A stretch of 64,000 nt of DNA from Candidatus Poribacteria bacterium. GTDB taxonomy: Bacteria > Poribacteria > WGA-4E > PCPOR2b. The stretch is taken from positions 4,416,001 through 4,480,000 of the forward strand of contig OZ220744.1 of NCBI GenBank assembly GCA_965116925.1, written 5' to 3'. The translations under genes were made by a program, and so were the position numbers. The notes below the pieces were generated by a model. That model made no database searches. It saw only the letters and a list, made by a program, of their open reading frames with translations, and was not told where the DNA came from. Below, piece after piece: positions 58,310-64,000 of the stretch (positions are counted from its first letter, which is position 1; each line of letters starts with the position of its first letter).

Positions 58310-60130
58310 ATGTCTACCAATCAGTCTATTCAGAATCCCAAGGCTTTAGACTTGGGAGCAGTCAACAATATATCTTTTTCCCGGATTACAATTGTATGGG
58401 TCGGTTTGGAACTCTGCTTAGGATTATTGATAGGACGTTTGTTTCTAATCCAGTATGTACACGGTCAGGTGCTACGCGAACGTTCTGAGAATCAGCGTAA
58501 GACGCAAGTGGGTTCTCAGGCAAAGCGCGCTACGATTTTAGATCGGCACGGAAGCGTTTTTGCAATCAATCAGGACTTAATCTCAGTCTATGCTGACCCA
58601 AAAGCGTTGAGAGATAAACCTGATGAAATTGCTGGTAAACTTGCGCCGCTACTTGATGTCTCGGAAGATAGACTTTTGTCGGTATTGCAGCAAAAGAAAA
58701 GGCGTTTTGTTTGGCTGAAAAGGAACTTAGATTATGAACGTCTTAACGCTATCCGCCAAGTCACTAGAAACATTTATGGGGTCGGATATCGAACCCATGG
58801 AAAACGGTCCTACCCAAAAGACGAGCTAGCGTCTCATATTATTGGATACACCAACTTTGAAAATAGAGGTATCGACGGGATTGAACACCAATACGATACT
58901 TACCTAAGTACTAGCAACAAAAGTAATCTTCCAGAATCACAGCCAAAAAGTAATCGAATCACTGCCGATGGTAAGAGACGCCCAATTCGTCCACCACAAC
59001 TTTATCAACAAGCGGGGCAATATGGCCGCAGCATTGTCCTTACACTTGATGAGTACCTCCAACATATCACAGAAACGGAACTGACGGCCGGTTGCGAGGA
59101 ATGGCAAGCGAGAGCAGGGAGTGCAGTCGTCATGCATTCCAAAAGCGGCGAGATTTTGGCATTAGCAAATTATCCGAACTACAATCTCAATCACTACTCA
59201 AGGAGTGAAGAGTCAGCCAAGCGAAATCGCGCCATCTGGATGCAATACGAGCCCGGTTCTGTATTTAAGATTGTTACTGCTGCTGCACTCCTCAACGAGA
59301 AGCTGATGTCTCCGGACTCGCGTGAGTATTGCGAGATGGGAGAATATCGTTTGTCCAATGGGCATGTTGTTCACGATATTAAGCCCAATGCGTGGCTAAC
59401 GTTCAGCGAAATTATCGCAAAATCTAGTAATATCGGTGTCCTCAAGGCTGCAAGACATCTTGATAAGGAGCAGTTGGAGGTCTATACGCGCCGGTTCGGA
59501 TTCGGTAAAAAAACCGGTATCGATCTGCCTTACGAACGCGTCGGCAGCTTGAGAGGCATCCAGAAGTGGGATGACTACACGATTGCCTCTGTTCCGTTTG
59601 GACAGGGAATTTCCGTGACACCTTTGCAGATGTTGAATGCTATTAATGTCATCGCTACCAAGGGTGTGCTGCTAAAGCCGTATATCACTCGGCAAATTAT
59701 TGATAAGGACGGAAGCGTGATAGAGCAGTCGTCCCCCAAGCCAATTCGTCGCGTCATTTCTGCAGAAACCGCGCAGGCAATGACACAAATGCTTGTCGGG
59801 GTGACGGAAGTCGGCGGCGGGTTGAGGGCACGGGTCGAAGGATATGCTGTTGCTGGCAAAACCGGCACAGCACAGAAAGCGGAACGTGGAAAGGGATACG
59901 TCAAAGGCAAAGTGACTGTTACTTTTGCAGGTTTTCTTCCGGCGGAGGATGCGTTACTCTCAATTATTGTTGTTGTTGATGAACCGGTGGGTGCCCCGTT
60001 GAGCAGTCGTGTCACCGCCCCGATGTTCCAGAGGATTGCGAGTGAAGCGATGTGGTATTTGAATCAAAGGGATCTCTTTGTTCAGAAATCAACTTCAAGC
60101 TATGCAGGAAACCAATCAGCACTTCATTAA
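58310..60130 (+). CDS. ftsI: Class B penicillin-binding protein (septal transpeptidase)
   Basis: RSYP, SxxK GSVFK, SSN, KTGT; dcw position. Confidence 0.92.
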   Translation: MSTNQSIQNPKALDLGAVNNISFSRITIVWVGLELCLGLLIGRLFLIQYVHGQVLRERSENQRKTQVGSQAKRATILDRHGSVFAINQDLISVYADPKALRDKPDEIAGKLAPLLDVSEDRLLSVLQQKKRRFVWLKRNLDYERLNAIRQVTRNIYGVGYRTHGKRSYPKDELASHIIGYTNFENRGIDGIEHQYDTYLSTSNKSNLPESQPKSNRITADGKRRPIRPPQLYQQAGQYGRSIVLTLDEYLQHITETELTAGCEEWQARAGSAVVMHSKSGEILALANYPNYNLNHYSRSEESAKRNRAIWMQYEPGSVFKIVTAAALLNEKLMSPDSREYCEMGEYRLSNGHVVHDIKPNAWLTFSEIIAKSSNIGVLKAARHLDKEQLEVYTRRFGFGKKTGIDLPYERVGSLRGIQKWDDYTIASVPFGQGISVTPLQMLNAINVIATKGVLLKPYITRQIIDKDGSVIEQSSPKPIRRVISAETAQAMTQMLVGVTEVGGGLRARVEGYAVAGKTGTAQKAERGKGYVKGKVTVTFAGFLPAEDALLSIIVVVDEPVGAPLSSRVTAPMFQRIASEAMWYLNQRDLFVQKSTSSYAGNQSALH

Positions 60131-60200
60131 TTAGGGTTACTTGGTTTCTATCGTCTAGGTTGCGATATCCCCGGAAGATAAGCTGCTGGAAGGAGTAAAT

Positions 60201-61016
60201 GTGAGATGCCTGATTTGCATTACAATATTGGCACTGGTCGTTGTCAACCAAGCTGCAAGTGACGTTCGGGCTGTCCCAGACGTGGTAGGTTTAGCCTCCG
60301 GGGGAGAGTTGGTTATTGTGGGGAAACTGTTAGCAGCAGAGGAGGAAACAGACCCACAGATTCAGGTGCAGTATACAGATGTCGTCGTAGAGGTTGTCCA
60401 AGTTATTCGGAATATAACAGAACAGGAGATAAAGGTCGGTGCCACTATCAATTTTCGCCTCCCTGACGTGCCAATCGGTTATGGCAGATTTGAAGCGGAG
60501 TTTAGCAAAGAGGAAGTGGGTGATTTGCTTCTTTTGTCGCTAAGACGACCTCACCCCCGAATGACAGCGGGCCGCAGAAAAGGGTTTGACACCATTTTTG
60601 ATGTTTATGGGGGAGACCACGGGAAACATACCGTTAGAATCAAAGATGACCTTCCTATGGTGTATCTGTTTGGGCTGAAACGCAGGGTTGAAGACCCACA
60701 ATTTCGACGTTCACGTAATCGACGATTATATAAAGACCGTTATCAAGAGCTGGAGATTGGATTGCCTCTTGACTGGGTCTTAGAAGTGATGGATATGGCG
60801 ATAGCCGTTGATGCTAGGAATCCGGCGAAAAACCCAAAATCTCCCGAAGACATACCCGCAGAAATCAGGCTTCAATATGAACGGCTTAGAAGTTTAGAAA
60901 AATTGGTTCGCAAATTAGCACGGGACGGCAGGTCAGAAGCCTCTATTATCAAAACTGCCCGCAAAGGACTTAATCAAGTTAAAGAGGAATTAGACCTAGA
61001 AGAAGGGAACGAATAA
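60201..61016 (+). CDS. Hypothetical exported protein inside the dcw cluster
   Basis: AAGGAG RBS, GTG start, signal peptide, 271 aa. Confidence 0.65.
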   Translation: MRCLICITILALVVVNQAASDVRAVPDVVGLASGGELVIVGKLLAAEEETDPQIQVQYTDVVVEVVQVIRNITEQEIKVGATINFRLPDVPIGYGRFEAEFSKEEVGDLLLLSLRRPHPRMTAGRRKGFDTIFDVYGGDHGKHTVRIKDDLPMVYLFGLKRRVEDPQFRRSRNRRLYKDRYQELEIGLPLDWVLEVMDMAIAVDARNPAKNPKSPEDIPAEIRLQYERLRSLEKLVRKLARDGRSEASIIKTARKGLNQVKEELDLEEGNE

Positions 61017-61104
61017 GACGAAAACAGGGTTTTCTTTTACACAGTGATTGTGTTTTTTTCGCTTTGTTCGTTATAGAATTTTCTGAAGGTCGGAGGTGGA
61101 CTAG

Positions 61105-62568
61105 GTGGTGAACTTACATCGCTTACTCAAAGGAGTAAATATTCTCTCGTCAACTGGGGTGCTTGACAAAGACGTTACCGGCATTGCGAGCGACAGTCGA
61201 GCCGTGGAGCCGGGGTACGCCTTTGTCTGCTATGAAGGGGTCAACGTTGATGGGCACACCTTTATTCCACAAGCCCTCCAAAATGGCGCAACAACGATTG
61301 TTGGGGAAAAACCGGAGTCGATCCCATCGGGTATCACCTATATCCAAACGCCAAACGGACGTATCGCGTTCTCGCTCATCGCAGCAAACTGGTACGAGAA
61401 TCCGGCAGATCGGCTGAAACTAATAGGCATTACCGGCACGAACGGCAAGACCTCAACAGCACATTTAGCGCATTCGATCTTCAACGCTGCGGGACTGAAT
61501 TCGGGGCTCATGGGCACGGTAGGGACCCATTACGCAGATGTCTTTGTGGAGCCAACGATTACGACGCTTGAGCCTTTGACGCTTCACGGGTTATTTCGAG
61601 ACATTGCGGATGCTGGCGTAGATTATGTGATCATGGAAACCTCATCGCAAGGGCTTGCACAACACCGATTGGCTGGGCTCACCTTTGAAACGGCGGTTTT
61701 CACCAATCTAACACAAGATCATCTCGATTACCATGGAACGATGGAAGAATACCTAAACGCCAAGATGATGCTCTTTCGGCAACTCAATCCTAACAACGGT
61801 CTGGCAATCCTGAACGCAGACGATCCCGCCTCCGATTCAATTCGTCATCAAATCACCCTCCCAAGCCTTACCTTTGGGGTTGAACAACCGGCGGATTTGT
61901 CAGTCAGCAATATCGAATCAACACTTAAACGGCTCTCATTCCTTGTGGATACACCGAAGGGAAAAATCTCAGCGAATCTGCGCCTGTTGGGGGATTACAA
62001 CCTATATAACGCTCTCGCTGCGATTGGGATAGGGGTGCATCACGACTGTCCGCTTGAGGCGATCCAAGTGGGACTGGAATCTACCGTTGTGCCGGGGCGG
62101 TTTGAATTGGTTGACCGGGGACAGTCTTTTGCCGTTGTTGTGGACTACGCCCATACGCCCGACGGTTTGGAAAATCTGTTGATCGCTGCACGAAAAATTA
62201 CGCAGGGCAATTTAATCTCCGTCTTCGGCTGCGGCGGAGATCGGGACAGTGGCAAACGTCCGAAGATGGGCAATATCTCCGCAACCATCGCTGATCACAG
62301 CGTAATCACCTCCGACAACCCACGCACCGAAGAGCCAGACGCGATCCTTGCCGACATTGTGGAGGGTTTACCCAACGGCGTAAGTTACGATCTGATTCAG
62401 GACCGCCGGACTGCGATCGGTCATGCGATTGAGTTGGCGAAGAGTGGTGATCTTGTCGCTATTGCGGGCAAGGGGCATGAACCGTATCAAGAGATCAATG
62501 GCGTTCGATTTGATTTCGATGACAGGGAAGTCGCGGGGGAATTTCTTGACCAGTTGAAGGCGCACTGA
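61105..62568 (+). CDS. murE: UDP-MurNAc-tripeptide synthetase (meso-DAP type)
   Basis: GITGTNGKTS, DHLDYH, DYAHTPD, DNPR, GKGHE. Confidence 0.97.
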   Translation: MVNLHRLLKGVNILSSTGVLDKDVTGIASDSRAVEPGYAFVCYEGVNVDGHTFIPQALQNGATTIVGEKPESIPSGITYIQTPNGRIAFSLIAANWYENPADRLKLIGITGTNGKTSTAHLAHSIFNAAGLNSGLMGTVGTHYADVFVEPTITTLEPLTLHGLFRDIADAGVDYVIMETSSQGLAQHRLAGLTFETAVFTNLTQDHLDYHGTMEEYLNAKMMLFRQLNPNNGLAILNADDPASDSIRHQITLPSLTFGVEQPADLSVSNIESTLKRLSFLVDTPKGKISANLRLLGDYNLYNALAAIGIGVHHDCPLEAIQVGLESTVVPGRFELVDRGQSFAVVVDYAHTPDGLENLLIAARKITQGNLISVFGCGGDRDSGKRPKMGNISATIADHSVITSDNPRTEEPDAILADIVEGLPNGVSYDLIQDRRTAIGHAIELAKSGDLVAIAGKGHEPYQEINGVRFDFDDREVAGEFLDQLKAH

Positions 62569-62613
62569 TGAGGCAATTTCATTCAACCATAGCGTCAGGA
62601 GGTGAGATGCAAT

Positions 62614-62856
62614 ATGCCAGCATTTGAGTTTTTGATCCTACTTTTGGTGGCACTCTTTTATATTTTTCCTTTCTGGCTTCTGTTACGTGCTGTTCGCGCG
62701 ATCGAAAGAATCGCGGACAAAATCGAAAAATCCCAGATAACCAAAGCACCAGAGAATAGAGCCAAATTAATCTGTTCAATCGCAGTCTGCTATTATTGTC
62801 CATTCGAGCAGACTGGACACAGCAAACAATTGCTCATACCCCATCCATCATTATGA
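62614..62856 (+). CDS. Small hypothetical membrane protein
   Basis: AGGAGG RBS, one TM helix, ATGA overlap with murF. Confidence 0.5.
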   Translation: MPAFEFLILLLVALFYIFPFWLLLRAVRAIERIADKIEKSQITKAPENRAKLICSIAVCYYCPFEQTGHSKQLLIPHPSL

Positions 62857-64000
62857 ACCTCACAATTGCTGAAATCCTACAGGCGACGCAGGGCAAACTC
62901 ATCCAAGGCACTCCCAACACTGTAATAACGCAGGTTTCGACAGACTCACGGACACTTAAAAAGGGCGATCTTTTTGTCGCATTGGTCGGTGAAAAATTCG
63001 ATGGACATAACTTCCTGGAAGGCGCGTGGCAGCAAGGCGCGATCGGGGCAGTTGTCTCGAAACCGGTAGCGGAGCTCTCCCAACTTGCACCGCCGACTAT
63101 TGTGCAAGTAGACGACACGTTGATTGCGTTGGGAGGTATTGCCAACTGTCACCGTCGCAAGTTCGATCTGCCAATCATCGCTATCACGGGCAGCAACGGC
63201 AAGACCACGACAAAGGACATAATAACTTCTGTGTTGGCACAGCGGTTTTCTGTCTTCAACTCTGAGAAAAGTTATAATAACCAGATTGGCATTCCCTTAC
63301 GATTAATGCAACTTAGCGAAGCGGATGAAATTGCTGTGTTAGAGATTGGCACGAGTTGGCCCGGAGAGATTGAGCGGTTATCGCAGATAACAACACCAAC
63401 CGTTGGTGTGATCACTAACATCGGACCGGCACACTTGGAGTTGCTGGGTTCAATTGAAGGAGTTGCGAAGGAGAAAGGGGCGTTGCTGACGCATGTCGAA
63501 CATGCCATCCTTAACGCCGATGATCCGATGACGCCGAGGCTTGCCGTCCGTGTGTGTGGTCAAATCACCACATTCGGTTGGCAAAATGATGCGGATATTT
63601 CTGCAGATGCAATTGAGATTGACGGTTTTGGAAAGTCCTCGTTCACGCTAAAGATTGGTGGGGACGAAACCAACAGAGTGCATTTGCCTTGTCTGGGAAA
63701 ACACAATATCTACAACGCCCTTGCTGCTGCTGGCGTTGGTATCTGGGCGGGTTTAACGCCAACAGAAATCTGTACTGGACTAGAACGTTTTCAGCCGGCA
63801 GACATGCGGATGCAGCCAATTGTGCACAACAATCTACGCATTATCAACGATGCCTATAACTCAAACCCGGAGTCCCTCAAGTCTGCTTTGGCATTTCTCA
63901 GTGATATTGAAATAGCTGGCAAGCGAATTGCAATACTCGGTGATATGCTTGAGCTTGGCAAACATTCTCACGCGCTCCACCTGAAAACGGGACAGGCTAT
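62853..64000 (+). CDS. murF: UDP-MurNAc-pentapeptide synthetase, 3'-truncated by window edge
   Basis: MNLTIAEI, TDSR, FDGHNF, ITGSNGKTTTK, NNQIG.P, NDAYNSNP, LGDMLELG. Confidence 0.96.
   Translation, partial: MNLTIAEILQATQGKLIQGTPNTVITQVSTDSRTLKKGDLFVALVGEKFDGHNFLEGAWQQGAIGAVVSKPVAELSQLAPPTIVQVDDTLIALGGIANCHRRKFDLPIIAITGSNGKTTTKDIITSVLAQRFSVFNSEKSYNNQIGIPLRLMQLSEADEIAVLEIGTSWPGEIERLSQITTPTVGVITNIGPAHLELLGSIEGVAKEKGALLTHVEHAILNADDPMTPRLAVRVCGQITTFGWQNDADISADAIEIDGFGKSSFTLKIGGDETNRVHLPCLGKHNIYNALAAAGVGIWAGLTPTEICTGLERFQPADMRMQPIVHNNLRIINDAYNSNPESLKSALAFLSDIEIAGKRIAILGDMLELGKHSHALHLKTGQA

Overview
Bacterial chromosomal window of about 50% GC. The gene mix (PhyH dioxygenases incl. a PhyH-HEAT fusion, Gfo/Idh/MocA and enolase-superfamily enzymes, sialidase-like and NHL proteins, a microcompartment pentamer, waaF) suggests a diderm such as Ca. 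Poribacteria; this is inference only. It holds the ffh-rpsP-khpA-ylqD-trmD-rplS-rnhB-yraN operon (no rimM), many catabolic genes, moaDE, folD, an envelope gene cluster ending in a PorV/FadL-like barrel fused to a lytic transglycosylase, a very large outer-membrane protein, an eutN/ccmL-histidine kinase-NtrC-like operon, and the start of the dcw cluster (rsmH-ftsL-ftsI-murE-murF, no mraZ) interrupted by a solo tnpB and two unknown genes. Intergenic DNA is dense with REP- and MITE-like repeats. The most striking observation is a 392-bp IS200/IS605-type element (17301-17692) with no recognisable protein gene. Both its ends obey the TnpA guide/cleavage-site rule, it carries a large, apparently folded RNA, and it sits exactly between the RBS and ATG of a TPP-enzyme gene. 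No tRNA, rRNA or CRISPR array was found. All calls are by eye; no searches were run.
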